From NCBI RefSeq assembly GCF_009914755.1, contig NC_060929.1: a stretch of DNA of 64,000 nucleotides; one strand, 5' to 3'. Of this stretch, positions 32,785-49,894 are shown piece after piece (position 1 is the stretch's first letter; each line of letters opens with the position of its first letter). The translations under genes were made by a program, and so were the position numbers. The notes below the pieces were generated by a model. That model was not told the origin of the DNA. It searched no databases and worked only from the letters and a program-made list of their open reading frames with translations. The stretch comes from the human T2T-CHM13v2.0 reference genome, Homo sapiens.

Positions 32785-33640
32785 GAATTGTTTCTACTCA
32801 CAACGCTTCTGACATCAAATGTGTGGGTTTTTTCCACACCAACAGCCAGTTCTCCAACTTTCTGGACACTAACTGGGTGTTCAACAATTCAATTCAATTC
32901 TGTTACTACCCAGGGTTAGCACAAGTTAAGGGCTCAGACCCACAAGACTATTCCCATTTCTGATGCCTATAGCGAGTCTAGGCCACCCATACTTCTGACC
33001 AGCCAGCTTTATAAGGTCAGGGGGTTCCCATAACCCCATTCTCAAATTCGAAAATTTGCTAGAAAGGCTCACAGAACTCAGCAAAACAGTTTACTTACTA
33101 TTACCTGTTTATTATATAGCACGGAACTCAGAACAGCCAAATGGAGGAGATGCGTAGGGCAAAGAAGGGGCATAGGGAAAAGAAGGGGCATAGAGCTTCC
33201 ATGTGCTCTCTGTGTGCCACAATCGTGGCACTTCTGTGTGTTCACAAACCCAGCAGCTCTCTGTACCCTGTAGTTTAGGGGTTTTTATGAAGGCCCCATT
33301 AGATAGGCGTGATTGATTCAATCACTGACCACTGGTGATTAAATTCAATCTCTAGCTCCTCATCCTTCTCCCCTTTCTAGAGGTCTGGAAGTGGGGCTGA
33401 AAGCTCCAACTTTCTAATCACATGGATTGTTCCTCTGGCAAATGGCCTCCATCCTGAAATTATCTAGGAGCCTCCCAAGAATCGCCTTATTAGTATAAAC
33501 TCAGGCATGGTTGAAAGGGGCATGCTATGAATAATAAAAGATGCTCCTATCACCCGTATCACTCAGGAAATTCCAAGAGTTTTAGAAGCTCTGTGTCAAG
33601 AACCAGGGACAATGACCAAATATACATTTCTTATGATCAT
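32785..33640 (-). mobile_element. MER21-like LTR
   Basis: Minus strand starts ...ATGTATATTTGGTCATTGTCCCTGGTTCTTGACACAGAGCTTCTAAAACTCTTGGAATTTCCTGAGTGAT, a MER21 signature. Confidence 0.7.
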
Positions 33641-33728
33641 AAATGGCTATTTTTTAAAAGGGAAAATACGAGTGTTGGCAAAAAGGTAGAGAAATTAGAG
33701 CCCTTGTATATTTCTAGTGGGAATGTAA

Positions 33729-34063
<335 letters not shown>

Positions 34064-34649
34064 GAAAACCAGTTTGGCAGTTTTTCAAAAAAATCAACAT
34101 AGTAATTCTGCTCCTATGTACATACCCCAAAGAATTGAAAACAGGGACTCAAACAGATACTCGTACATCAACATTCATTGCAGCACTTGTCATAATAGCT
34201 AAAATGTGGAAACAATCAAGTGTCTATCCACAGTGGAATGGATAAACAAAATGTGGTATATACATATAGAGAAATAATCCAGCCATTAAAACGAATGATG
34301 TTATAATACATGCTACAACATGGATGAACTATGAAAACATTATGCTAAGGGAAATAAGTCAGACACAAAAGGACAAATATGTATGATTCTACTTATATGA
34401 AATATCTAGAATAGGCAAATTCACAGGGATAGGTTAATAAGGGCTGGGGAAAGGAGGGAGTGGAGAGTTACTGGTTAATGGTTACAGATTTGGGGCAATG
34501 AAAAAGTTTTGCAATAAATAGTAACGATGGCTTTACAACATTGTGAATGTATTTACTGCCACTGAATTGTATATTTAAAAAATGGTTATAATGGCAAATT
34601 TTGTGTTATATATATTTTAACACAATTTTTTAAAAAAGCAAATGAAAAG

Positions 34650-35110
34650 GAGCATGGCATAGTATTAAATCTTACAGATAACCAGAGTTCATATCTCAGT
34701 TTTCCCACTGACTAACACAGTAACCCTGGGCCTCAGTTTTCTGATTTGGAACAATAACAAAAATAACAAGTATTGAGGATTTACTGAAGCCAGTCATTGA
34801 TCCAAACACTTGCATGAATTCATTTAATTTACACAACTCTATGGGATTAGGTACTACAATGATCCCACTTTACAGACAGGAAACTGAAACACAGTGATCA
34901 AGCAATTTGCCTAATGTCACATAGCTAGTAAGTGCCAGCAGAGGTTTGTACCTAAGTAATCGGGTGCCAGAACCACTTGTCTTGAATGTTAATAAAACTG
35001 GAGATCATGAAACCTATTTCAGAGTTATTTTAAGAATAAAATAATATCTTTCATGCAGTTAGTACAGAGACTAGCACTAAATAGGTATTTAATACACGGT
35101 ACCAGGTTAT
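34650..35110. mobile_element. MIR fragments
   Basis: CCCACTTTACAGACAGGAAACTGA...TTGCCTAATGTCACATAGCTAGTAAGTG MIR core. Confidence 0.7.
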
Positions 35111-35181
35111 GACCATTTATTTTACTAATACAAGGACAAGTATATTCTCCCCTTTCCTCCTTCCAGGAGTAGCTATGCCAC

Positions 35182-35227
<46 letters not shown>
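35182..35227. repeat. (TAA)n microsatellite, ~15 units
   Basis: Direct reading of a perfect ATA/TAA run. Confidence 0.97.
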
Positions 35228-35230
<3 letters not shown>

Positions 35231-35552
35231 CCCTCCAGTTTCATGTTTCATTTTGACTGTACAGATAAAAATCTGTCAATCTATACACACACACAAAAAC
35301 CCTCTTGTTTTATAAATAGGGTACCCAAATGTCTACTTCTGGGCTTACAGAATATATAGACTATGCTAACAGCTACTAATTTAACCAGGCTTTAGCTCTA
35401 CCTAAAATCCTCAGATTTGAGAACACACAAGCTATTTTATAAGCTTTTAAATTCCTAAACCCAGTTCATTCCACCAAGCTTCCACATCCCTAACATTTTG
35501 GTTCCACCCCTAAAAATGCCGGCCTCTTCTGTAGTCATATATTCTTTCTTGA

Positions 35553-35858
<306 letters not shown>

Positions 35859-37639
35859 CAACTTCCTTGGAAGTCTTATCCTCATATTTATCTTTTATTT
35901 CCCCACTGACCTAGCTGATCATTGCCCCTTTCCTAGTCTTTTTCGATAGATTCTTAAACATGTAACTGTCCTATGCGCTCACATAGTGTTGCCACCACAC
36001 TTAAGGGATATTTGGCTCTTCCTTGAGGGCATTTCTCTATAGTTAATTATCCTTTACCTCAGTATTATTAGTATTCTCCAGGCTTCTCAATATTGTTTCC
36101 AAGTAGTAATCCTTAACTGTCCACTCAGCTCCCTGCTGCAGGTTAACAGCCCCATTCATTGAAATTTTTTGAATGTGGCTCATACTCTAACTCTTTACCC
36201 CAAGCCCTGCCACGAGATTGAATGGACAGCCTAGGTTGTTGGATAGCTTTTCTGGGTTCCCTGACATTCTAGATTCCATGGTCACACTATGGTCCTTGTT
36301 ATCATCTGCAACTGTTTTATCTCTGAAATTTTAAACTCCAATATTAAACTCTGACTGTGTCTTTCATCCTTCTAGCTTTTTCATTCATTTACACTCATGC
36401 ATAGATCTGTTTTTGATTCTCATTATGATCTTCATTCCCTTAATGCCTTCATTTTCTCCCAGTCTCAAATCTCTTATTACTGACAATATGAACAACCTTT
36501 TACAAGTCTGACTCTTTTATATACCCTTGTTCATCCTCATTGCAGACAAATGAATCTGACTCAAAGTTACTATTTCTCTGGGTTGTTACCCACCACTCCC
36601 CCACCACCTCACAGAGTAGTCAGGCAATGCTTGAGTGTAACAACCACCTGTTCATGCATATTAGCATTTTTTATTTGTCCTTAGTCAACTTCCTCTCCTA
36701 CTTCCCTCAATGACTTTCTCAAACTGGTACCTGTCTCAAAACATTCATCACTCACTGTCCTGTCCTACTCAAACTCCCTACCTAAGGAGGCAATCCTGTC
36801 TTCTAATTTACAAACAAAATTGAGATTACCAGGCTGGATCTCCTACTTTCTATCACCACCTGAAAACATCTATATCTATTCTCATCTAGTTTCTTCCAAA
36901 CTTCAGAGGTATCCTTGTCATACCTCTTAGAGGAACTTGCTTAATCTTTCCTTATCCTCCAGTATTTGTAATATGTCCTCTAATGTTTCCCTCAGTCTAT
37001 ACCAACATTTTATACCTTAAAAAAGAAAAAAGAAAAAAACCCTCTCCATTTATCCCAGTTTCTTCCAGAAATTACTCAATGTTTTGTACCTCTCTCATGG
37101 AAATTTCTTGAAAATGGAGACTACATTGGCTTTCTCTATTTCATCCCCCACCACTCAGGCCTGAATCTACACACTTTGTTTCATGACCTACAAATCTACT
37201 TAAACTGATCTTGCTAAGGGAAGCAAAGCATCCTACCTGCCAAACCCAAAGAACATTTTTCAGTTCATTTCTTATAACTCTTATCTGTTGCACCTGACAA
37301 TTTCCCCCACATCCTTTGGCTAATGTGATGCTACATGCTCTTGTTTCTTCTGCCATATTTTCCCGGTCACTTTTCCCTCGGTTTATGCCTATATTATTTT
37401 ACTCCACCATCTGATATTGTACTCTATGAGGAGTCTGTTATTATTCTAAAATATGTTTAATTAAATATCATATAGGTCAACAAAATATAAATGTGGAGAA
37501 AAAAAGCTTGGTTGTTTCTAGGAAACAAAAGCTGTACCTTTAGAAAGATGTAATTAAGTTGCTTTTAAAAAGCAATTGACAAATTCAGCAATGGCAATAA
37601 GACTGTAAAAGGAAAAAAATAATCTAAAATAATGGGACA

Positions 37640-37850
37640 AGGTACCTGCTTCTCAAAGGGAATGCCATTGGCATTTGGGGCCAGAATGTTCTTCACTGTC
37701 CAGGACTGTCCTACCATTGTAGGACGTTTATAATCTTTGGGCTCTACATAGTAAGCGTCATAGTGCTGCACCCTCCATCCTGTTGCTGACAATAAAAAAC
37801 ACTTCTACAGATTTCTAGGGAGGCAGTACCACCTGTGGTTGAGAATTAAT
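37640..37850. mobile_element. MER20-like hAT MITE (a related copy lies at ~56310-56525)
   Basis: GGACTGTCCTACCATTGTAGGA...GTGGTTGAGAA pattern. Confidence 0.55.
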
Positions 37851-38208
37851 GATAAATTTCTTTACAAGTATCTTAACTTCTTGCCTACCTTTGAAGAAGC
37901 AAACTATAAAAAATAGAAAATGCATTTCAGATGTGGTTTACACACACAAGACTGAACACCAATAAACAGACATATAAACAGGCAATAAAAAAGTGACAAA
38001 TTTATATTTATGTAAAATGTTAAAGGTATTTACATATTTGTTTTTATTTCCTGCTGCTGTGATCAACCACTGGGTCTACTATACTAATCTTTTAATCATA
38101 CTTTCTGAAAACTATCATGATTATTTGAGACATTTATCCCATAAATAATCCCAAGGCCTAGTGTCCTTGCTGTTTTTAAATATTCCGAAGTTACCAACTT
38201 AAAAATAA

Positions 38209-38569
<361 letters not shown>

Positions 38570-40433
38570 TGTGAATTTCTTTTAAGTTAATTTTGCTAAG
38601 GAAATTCTGCCACAGAAAGAGAGACCCATGTTATTTAATAATATATTCAAACTTAACTCAAAACTTTAAAAAACAATATATTCACTATTGAAATATACTG
38701 AGAAATAAGCTCTTTTTCTATCAAGTATTGAAATTCTTTAAATTGTACAATCTGAACAACTATTTTTGCAACAAAAGAGAGAGAATATTCTTTTGTAAAC
38801 AATTGAAAAATACCCATATTTTTGGGAATTAAAAGTATTTCAAATCATCTTCTTGACCTTTCTCTTACCTTTATACAAGCAATACAAAAATTCTGGCCCC
38901 CAAATAAAAGATAAGCTAATTTGTAAATGAAATTTCTATTAGAAAGACTTGTAAATTGAGAAGACCTTCATCTTTAATAGCTGTGGAGATGTAAATTTAA
39001 CACAGAAGGGAAATATGACTAAATTTTTCCACAGGAGACAAATCAGAAATTGTTTAACAACTAAATCACTAAAATCAAAGATCTAAATAATAAAGCAAAA
39101 ATAACTAAATACGGAAATATTGACAAAACGATTTGCTGACTTGGCTTCTCCTAAAGAATTCTAATTACTGCAGATACTTCCATTGTTGTCTTAAATAAAA
39201 TAACAATGAGGAGACTACATCAACAAATATTTTATTTCCAGAAAATGAATTTAATTGCTTTCCTCAAAGTGTTAGGTTAAAAGAAGTCCAAGTATAGAGA
39301 CTGATATTAGTAGACAGACTGGGAAATCCATTCCAGATTTTGAAGTAAATGAAGCATTTGTAGGTTCTTAATTCTTGAATAAAGAAATGAGGCAGGTAAG
39401 TCAGCAATGATTAAAAGAAAGTAAACAAAGTTAGCAATGCTTGAAAGAAAGCAAACAAGTAGAAATATAAACAAATTTAAAAATAGAAAAGATTTCATTG
39501 CACTCATTTCTTGCGTGCAAGTACATTCTTCAGTTTTCATTTATGTGAGTGATATATATAGTTATATATGCAATTTTGCTACTTGAGCAAGCTTCCCTTG
39601 AGCCAGTTTTAGCTTTGCTTGGAAGTATGCGACTTGTTCTCTCAGCATTCTTTTAATGTGCCCTTCTGATGGAGATTTATGCCGAGTACTCTCTTATCAC
39701 ATGTTCTTGCATGAACATCTTTTTGTCAAATCATTCTTAGTTGGTAAAACTTAATAACTCTTCAATGAATTGGAATGTATTAACAATCCAGGCTAATTCA
39801 CACGGTCTGCAAACAACTTAGAAAATAGCAAATGTTGTTGCTATAGCTGTTACTAAAGCTTTAGGCATTACTATATTTAACTAAAGAATATTTACTTACA
39901 GTATAAAATTACAAATTTATATTTATAATTACACATGCTTAAGTTTACCTTTTCACTCACTTAATCATAATGGAGATTAATAATTGTTTAAATCAAGTTT
40001 TCGCCCATGAGCAGAAATTCTGAGACCAATTGAATCTTTAAAGTAAATGTAATAAACACAAAAAATCTTCATAAATAGTTTGCATTGCCTTCACTTTTTC
40101 TCCTAGTATGTGGAAAGGGGGAAAAGAATAAGTATGTATATAGTTTTTAAAAAATATACTTTCTCCAAACTCCTTAATCTACTACTAACCACCTGTATCT
40201 TCATGCTACTTTTGGTAGTCATCAGATACATAGCTACCTGTTACTGGGTCTAAAGCAGGGAAGAAAAGTGAATATTTAGTGCTAACAGAGGAATTTCTGT
40301 AACTAGATGTTAGCTTAGGGCTAAAGGACTATGCAACTGGGCCCCTGAAATCAGGGTGCTACATTATATTGCCCAAAGAGGCCATGATTCCAGTATGAAT
40401 AATGCAAAGCATGTCATCTTTTAGAATACTTAC

Positions 40434-40481
40434 GGTAGCCACATTTTTTACAGCCTGCTCTGACACTGTCCTTGTTGCAAC
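40434..40481 (-). CDS. SREK1IP1: SREK1IP1 exon 2 (first half of CCHC zinc knuckle)
   Basis: gtatttcag|GT TGC AAC AAG ... GGC TAC C|gtaagt; reads (G)CNKDSVRAGCKKCGY(P); 48 nt. With exon 3 it forms C-x2-C-x4-H-x4-C. Confidence 0.96.
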
Positions 40482-40583
40482 CTGAAATACAATTGGATAG
40501 AATTTTAGGAAGTAAATAAATATGCGAAAACTTAAAAACTTTATTGTATGAAAAAAGCTAAGAAAAACCATTTGTTATAGAAT

Positions 40584-40877
40584 TTCTTTTTTTTTGTTGT
40601 TGAGACAAGGTGTCACTCTGTCACCAAGGCTAGAGTACACTGACATGATCACAGCTCACTACAGCCTCCAGCTCCTGGCTCAGGCGATCCTCCTACCTTA
40701 GCCTCCCAAGCAGCTGAGACTACAGGCATGTGCCACCACACCTGGCTAACTTTTAAATTTTTTTGCAGAGATGAGGTTGTGCTTTGTTGCCCAGGCGATC
40801 TCAAACTTCTGGCCTCAAGCGATCCTCCTCTGGCCTCTCAAGGTGCTGGGATTGTAGGTAAGAGCCACCGCACCCAG
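40584..40877 (-). repeat. Alu (AluJ-like)
   Basis: Reverse diverged Alu flanked by TAGAATTT. Confidence 0.88.
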
Positions 40878-41049
40878 TAGAATTTATTTCTTTAAGAAAC
40901 AGCAACAACAAAAAATCATCTCTGACCCAGCTTAATGACCTACTCAATTATATGACTCTTATAAATCAACAGAAAGGCCAATTTACTCAAATTATTTGAC
41001 AAATACATCAATAACATTTTTTTCTAATTCAATATAATAAAATAAGACA

Positions 41050-41850
41050 AACACATATGGCTAACAAACATAAAAAAAAGCTCCACATCACTAATCATCA
41101 GAGAAATGCAAATCAAAACCACAGTGAGATACCAACTCACACCAGTCAGAATAGCTATTATTAAAAAGTCAAAAAACAACAGATATTGGTGAGGCTGTGG
41201 AGAAATGGTAATGCTTATAGACTGTTGGTGGGAATGTAAATTAGTTCAGCCACTGTGGAAAGCAGTTTGGAGATTTCTTAAAGAACTTAAAACAGCACTA
41301 TCATTCGACCCAGCAATTCCATTACTGGGTATATATCCAAAAAAAAAAAAAATCATTTTACCAAAAAGAAACATGCACTCACATCTTCATTGCAGCATTA
41401 TTTACAACAGCAAAGACATGGAATCAACTGAGGTGCCCATCAATGGTGGATTAAAGAAAATGCACTACATATACACTATGGAATACTATGAAGCCATAAA
41501 AAAGAACGAAATTACATCCTTTGCAGCAACATGGATGCAGGTGGAGGCCATTATCCTAAGTGAATTAACACAGGAACAGAAAACCAAATACCACATGTTC
41601 TCATTTATAAGTGGGAGCTGAAACATTGGGTACTCATGGACATAAAGATGACAATAACAGATACTGGGGACCATTGGGAGAGGAGGGAGGACAAGGGTTG
41701 AAAAACTGTTGGGTACTATGCTCAGTACCTTAGTGATGGGATTTGTACCCCAAACCTCACCATTATGCAATATGTTCAGGTAACAAACTTGCACATGTAT
41801 CCACTCTGTCTAAAATAAAAGTTGAAAAATAAAAGAAAGTAAAAAAAAAA
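41050..41850 (+). mobile_element. L1PB/L1MA-like 3' end
   Basis: ORF2 C-terminal remnant (CWWECKLVQPLWKAVWRFLK) followed by 3' UTR and A-tail. Confidence 0.88.
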
Positions 41851-42752
41851 ATCTAGTAAACAGTTAAGAGTTTAAATATTCCAAGAATTCTATAGCATTG
41901 AGGAAGAAATTCCAGGGTACTCTGGCCTGTCCCTCAAATGTAAAATAATTTATATATATATGTATATATATACACACACATACATACATTAAGGTTAACA
42001 AATATTCTCCTGTTTTCCATTAGAAGGAAAAAATATCTAATTTCTTATAGGAATTGGTGAAATTCCAGAACATTTACTATAATTGCTAGGTATTATAAGA
42101 AATATCTAAATTCAACACTCAAATTTTGACAAGAGAAAACAAACTAGTCATATATTCACCCAGTTCTGATAAATATTTACAAATACAGTAATCCTGTATA
42201 ATTAGTAGTACATGCAGGCAATGCTAAAGATATAGATACCAGAGACAAATTAAAACTGATTTCTTTTTATTGTGATAAAATATAAATAACATACAATTTA
42301 CCATCTTAACCATTTTAAAGTATACAATTTAGGTGTATTAAGTACATTCACAATATTGTACAACCATCATCACTATTCATTTCAAAAACTCTTTCATCAT
42401 CCCAAATACTAACTGCATTCATTAAAAAACTGACTATTCCCTCTTCCCTCTAGCCCCTAGTAGTCTCTATTCTACTTTCTGTCTCTATGAGTTTGTCTAT
42501 TCTAGGTACTTCATATATAGGGAAATCATACAATATTTGTCTTTTGGGCCTGGATTATTTTACTTAGCAGAATGTTTTCAAAGTTCATCCATATTATAGC
42601 ATGTATTAGAATTTTATTCCCTTTTATGGCTGAATAATATTCCATTGTATGCACATATAGTTAAAACTAATTTTATCCTCCAATAGTGGCTTCAATCAAC
42701 CAATGAAAGCCCCAGTATAGTATTATTCCATTTTCTTCTTTTTTCCTTTTCC

Positions 42753-43023
42753 TTTTTTTTTTAAGAGAGAGTCTCACTCTGTCACCCATGCTGGAGTGCA
42801 GTGGTGCGTATCTCGGCTCACTGCCAGCTCTGCCTCCCAGGTTCACGCCATTCTCCTGCCTCAGCCTCCTGAGTAGCTGGGACTACAGGCACCCACCACC
42901 ACGCCCAGCTAATTTTTTGTATTTTTAGTAGAGATGGGGTTTCACCATGTTAGCCAGGATGGTCTCGATCTCCTGACCTCATGATCCGCCTGCCTTAGCT
43001 TCCCAAAGTGCTGGGATTACAGG
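42753..43023 (-). repeat. Alu (AluY-like, 5' truncated)
   Basis: Reverse Alu; flanking repeat GTATTATTCCATTTTC. Confidence 0.93.
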
Positions 43024-43246
43024 TATTATTCCATTTTCCTGGTAAAGGGCATATAATTCCCAAACCCTTGAAATGGAGATATAATCCTAACTAAATAATA
43101 TATTTAAATATATACAGTCCAAACATAAAACAGTGCTAATTTAAAAACAAATATAATTTTAAAACTATTTCTTTGGTGTTATGAAGTTAAAACATTAGTT
43201 ATTTTCCCCTTAAATTTTAATATTATTTTAAAGTATACATTATTGA

Positions 43247-43516
43247 GGTGGGGCATCATGGCGTACGCCTGTAATCCCAGCAGTTTGAGAAGATTCCTTG
43301 AGGCCAGGAATTTGGGGCCAGCCTGGGCAACATAGTGAGACCACATCTCTACAAATTCTTTGTTTTAATTAGCTGGTCCTGGCATGTGCTTTTAGTCTTA
43401 GCTACCTGGGAGGCTGAGGTAGGAGGATCGCTCAAGCCCAGGAATTCACGGTTACAGTGAGCTATGACTGCGCCACTGCACTCCAGCCTAGGTGACAGAG
43501 GGAGACTCTGTCTCTA
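43247..43516 (+). repeat. Alu (AluJ-like)
   Basis: Diverged Alu dimer. Confidence 0.85.
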
Positions 43517-43534
43517 ATTATTCTAGTAAAAGTA

Positions 43535-44610
<1,076 letters not shown>

Positions 44611-46362
44611 GAATAAAATCAAATGAATAATATAATCTGAGGGTCTTTCATTTTGAAAACAACTGCATGTTGAGAAAAGCTCAGAGAATTGGGGTCAGCG
44701 TTAAATCTGTTTCCATAGAAACTGTAGATGCTAAAAAAATACTGAATAAAATTATGCTAAATGCATCATTACTATTACTACAACAGAATAAAAATGTTGT
44801 AATAGATCTGAAATAATCTTATCTCTGCATGTATTAGAATTGAACTCATGACAAAAGGCACTGATAAATTCATCACTCAAGTATCCCACAGTTTTAGAGT
44901 AAACAAACTATGAAACTTTTTCTTGGCAGATCATCATCTTTACTAAAGTTGAAACTTTTACATGACAGGGAAATATAACCAGAACTCTAAATAAAGTACT
45001 TTACATCAGCTAGTTCCTCACCAGTCTTTGGTTAAATTATTATTTCAGCTTCATTAGTCTTTAATTTTCGTGATTGTCTGGGCAACTGAATGCTTCTACC
45101 CAAGAGTTTGAATCTGAGGCAACTGACTTAATAGATCTGAGGCAAGTGACACAATAAAGTGGGGAAAGTTAATTCATTCTGCTGTCAGGATCCAGTTTCC
45201 AGGGGCACTGATGTCACTGGCAGTAGCAGCCCTAACCAGGTTTGGGCTTGTGCAGGATCTTGGATATGGGTTCCCTGGGTCATTTCTATTTTCTGACCCT
45301 TATTATGCAGGCTTTGCTTAGATTCACTGAGCTAGCTGATATCTTTCCTTTTCTGCTTAAGTTAACTAGTCAGTTTCTATCGTTTGGAATAAGAACCCTG
45401 GCTGATATAACGGTACTCAAAATCCATGTCAAAGTGACTATAGTAGAGCTATATTGTGAGGTCCTTACTCAGCTAAGTTACCTACTTCCCTGCCTTGGGC
45501 TCCCGTGCAGTTCTTGGCTCCATTCCTTTTTGAAGTTTGCTAAGGCTGTTCAGAGTAATACAGTGTGCCCACCTCAAAATTTTCCTTTCTAATCATGACC
45601 TGCAATCCAAAAGGCATTATATAAAAACTTATAAATTTGACATTGGAAAAAAACTGAATGGCAAAAACCACCAAAAGCAAACTCAAAAGACACGTGGAAA
45701 CTTGAGGAAAAAATATTTGCGCCTCATAGGACCAAAAAAGAGCAATTATCCCTATGTATATATCTCAGCAAATCATTAAGAAAAAGATCAGTAACCAACA
45801 GGAAAAAAATGGGCAAAGGATGTTCACAGAAACGGAAATAGAAATGACTCTCAAACATGTGGAGATATGCTCAGTCTTACTTAAAACAGGTAAAATGTAC
45901 ACTAAAAACTATACTGGGATTCCATTTTCACTTATCAGAATCGCAAAGATTGAAAGGTTGAAGGAAGTGTAGGGGGGCATACTCTCATACATTGCTGGCA
46001 GGAGCATAAATTAGTACTATCTCTTATGGAAAGCAGGCTGACAAAACCTGTCAGAATTACAAGTGTACATACCTCTCTGACACAACAATCTCACATTTGG
46101 GAATTAGTTCTCCCAATTTATGTGCACAAATGCATACTGACTTATGTACAATGTTATTCACTATAGCATTGTTTTTAATAGGGACAGAGTAGAAATAATT
46201 TAAATATCAATACGGAACTGGCTAAATCAATTACGGTATGAAATAATGGGGATGGTTTTTATTTAATGATGTCATGATCGCTAAGATATACTGTAAAAAG
46301 AAAAAAAGCAAGGTGCAGAACAGTGTTTATGGCATGCTGCCATTCGTATAAAAAAAAGAAGA

Positions 46363-46922
46363 TGATAGAGCAGGAGCACTGTCATCTGGGACAAACACCA
46401 CCACTTTAAATTCCAGCTCCCTTTCTAGCCTCATGCATTTCAAGGAAATTACTTCTCTTCTAATTGTAAGCAGCCAGAAAGAACAGACAATAACATACAG
46501 ATAAGACAGCTGGGCACAAAGGGAGGTGGGGGGAAAGTCTCTTGAGCAACTGCCAAACTTCACCCTCATACAATGGGCCCCAGTAAAATAGTGGGCCTTA
46601 ATAAGCACATTCCTTTCCCTTCAGGTGCACTAGGATAGAAAAGCTACATGCAGACTGATAGGCCTGCAGCTGCAGAAAGATGTATGGGAACAGACACACA
46701 ACTCTCCCTCCCAGATAAGCACAACAAAGAGTCAGAGAAGCAGTCCAAGCCTCTGATAAACTCTCCCACCCTGAATCTTTAAAAACTCTTAGTTTGTAAG
46801 TGAGTGTGCCTCTGACCTAACTTGGCCAGAAGGCACCTCTCACGTTTGTTTTCTCTAAATAAATCTGTCCTGACTGGCGAGCCATCTTTTCATGTTTCTT
46901 ACCTCTTTCTTTAATTCTTACA
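46363..46922 (+). mobile_element. ERV1 solo LTR (MER41 group, MER41C-like)
   Basis: TG...CA termini, TSD GAAGA, internal AATAAA and several GATA motifs (CAGATAAG x2, CTGATAA). Inserted in an old L1. Confidence 0.7.
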
Positions 46923-47469
46923 GAAGATATTAGACATACCTCTGTAAGGATATAGATTGGTTACTTGAAGAAAGAAAACTAAGTCCAGACAGAGAAGGAC
47001 TTGAGTAAGAGACATGTCACTATATACCTTTTGGCAGTTTTAAAATGTGAAAGGTGATTAAATTACCCTTTCAAAAACCAATCTGGAAAATCTCCCTCAA
47101 ACAAACAAAACTGTAACACTAAGAAAAGTAACTGTCAAGTAAACATTATCTGACAAAAGGCAATTATTGCATTTGTAAATTCTTCAGAGAGGTTACATTG
47201 CAGACTTTCAATAAAATTTTATTAATTCATGATGTCAGAGTCTTCATTCTTATACTTGCTAAATATTAAGGGCTTACTCTGAATCTAGTATTCTGTTAAA
47301 CAACTTGGGTGATAGTGGGAGGAATCAGGTAATTGGGCTGGTCCTTTTTCTTCCAGTAACTTAAAGTAGCCATATAATTTTGAATCCAACTCAGTGCTTA
47401 CCATGATGGAGAGTTGCTAAGAGGTGCTCAACAAATACTTATTGATTTGAGGTTATAAGCTTAAGAAAA

Positions 47470-47826
47470 TACAGTCATGTTTCATTTAATGACAGGGATA
47501 CATTCTGAGAAATGTGTTGTTAGGCACAACACAGAAATTTTGTCCTTGTGGCAACATCATGGTGTACATAAATCTGGGTGATATAGCCTGCTATACACCT
47601 AGGCTATATGGTATAGCCTACTGCTCCTAAGCTACAAACTTGTACCGTATGTCACTGTATTGATACTACAAGCAGTTGTAACACAATGGTGAGTACTTGT
47701 GTATCTAAACATACCTAAACATTGAAAAGGTACAGTAAAAATAAGAGTATTATAATCTTATGGGACCACCATTGTATATGCAGTCAGTTATTGACCAAAA
47801 CATCATTTTGTGGTGCATGACTATAC
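47470..47826. mobile_element. Tigger3-like MITE (opposite orientation to the 29256 copy)
   Basis: TA|CAGTCATG ... GCATGACTA|TA termini; TTATAATCTTATGGGACCACC. Confidence 0.78.
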
Positions 47827-48863
47827 TTCAGAAGTTGGAAACTGGCAACTTCTCTAGACCCCAGTTGCCAGCTAAGAAATACGCGTGTGCGTATACACAC
47901 ACACTCAATTTATTTGTCAAAATTCTTCAAGCCAAACATTTGTGATCTGTGCTGTTTTTAAAACATGTAAATTATGTCTTAGCAGTTAGCACAAAAGAAA
48001 AAAAATTTTAAAGTTAACAGTAGACAACGAAGAAACAGAAAATATTGAGAAAACCAAAAAGAAGGGACAAAAATAAAAGGACTGAGAAAAATTGAGAGAA
48101 AGATGGCGAGTCCTCAACACTTGCTTCAGGTTGGTCAGTGGTCCGCAAAGGAATGTCATATTCGATTTAAATTTATTTCCTTGAAATTTTACATCACCTA
48201 TCTTTCCAAAGGCAACAACTTAGTCACTGGGAATTTTAACAGTGATGCTTAGAACTTAATATATTTTTCCTATTGTCTATTTTGGAATTTAGGGAAGCCT
48301 GACATTTTCATTACATTAAAATATTTCCTAGAATCGCTTAAATTTAAACATATACAGCTTAAGTAACTAAGTTTTTTAGTACTAAGTAATTAGAAATTGC
48401 AATTACTTCTGTCACAGGACCCATTCTTTTCATTTTTAATTGGATTAGAGTCAATTAGATTAATTTTGTTTAGTAACAAGTTTTATATTTGGTTACTCCA
48501 TTATGGTTTTAGTTACAATCGGGGAACCTATAAAGACAATTTCAATTACTTCTGCTTTTAAAATTCAAACTGCAGCCATATTTTATAAGTGGTAATATCT
48601 ATTTATATAATATATATGTTCTGCTTAAGTTGATGCAAAGTAAAATTCCAAGTATTTTATTTTTCTACCATTTATATTAAAAATTCATAGACACACTCCT
48701 TTCTTTGGGACCCCAAATACTGTACTAAAGTCAAAGTAGACAAAGCAGTAGAAATTAGTCATTTTTTACTAAAACATTAATACTTCGTTAATTAATAAGA
48801 TAATTTAAAAAATAGGCTAAATGAGTTTCTCAATGCAAGTATTCTGAAATAGCAGATGTCTTA

Positions 48864-49190
<327 letters not shown>

Positions 49191-49375
49191 CAAATAAAAA
49201 TTAAAAAAAGGCTTCATAATCATTTGACTCCAAAAGGAGAACTAGCAAACCAATCAAAGAGCTGTTTACTGATATGAGATTTATACTGATATGAAATGTA
49301 TAAAACTCTTTAGTCTACATGCCTCACAAAGTACAATTAATCCGTGAAGAAAAAAGGTGTAAGAAGAGACAGAGA

Positions 49376-49685
<310 letters not shown>

Positions 49686-49894
49686 GAAGAGACAGAGAAA
49701 TTTGTTTAAGAAGAGACAGAAATTTAATTACCTAATGAAACAGAATGAAGACTGTATTAGCTTAATCTGTTTAGTACTATTTCTGCTCAGCAGCAGTTAT
49801 AGTAATCAACCCTCTAATTATTCATTATTTACCTATGATGGGTATAACTTTGAACTCGATGTTAGAGAAGCCATAGGGATGAATCAAGCCCCTA

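Noticed and set aside
35109-35315. Poly-Asn ORF
   Set aside because: Translation of a (TAA)n microsatellite.
48100-48108. Isolated AAGATGGCG YY1-like motif in intron 1
   Set aside because: Single short motif with no CpG-rich or other promoter context.
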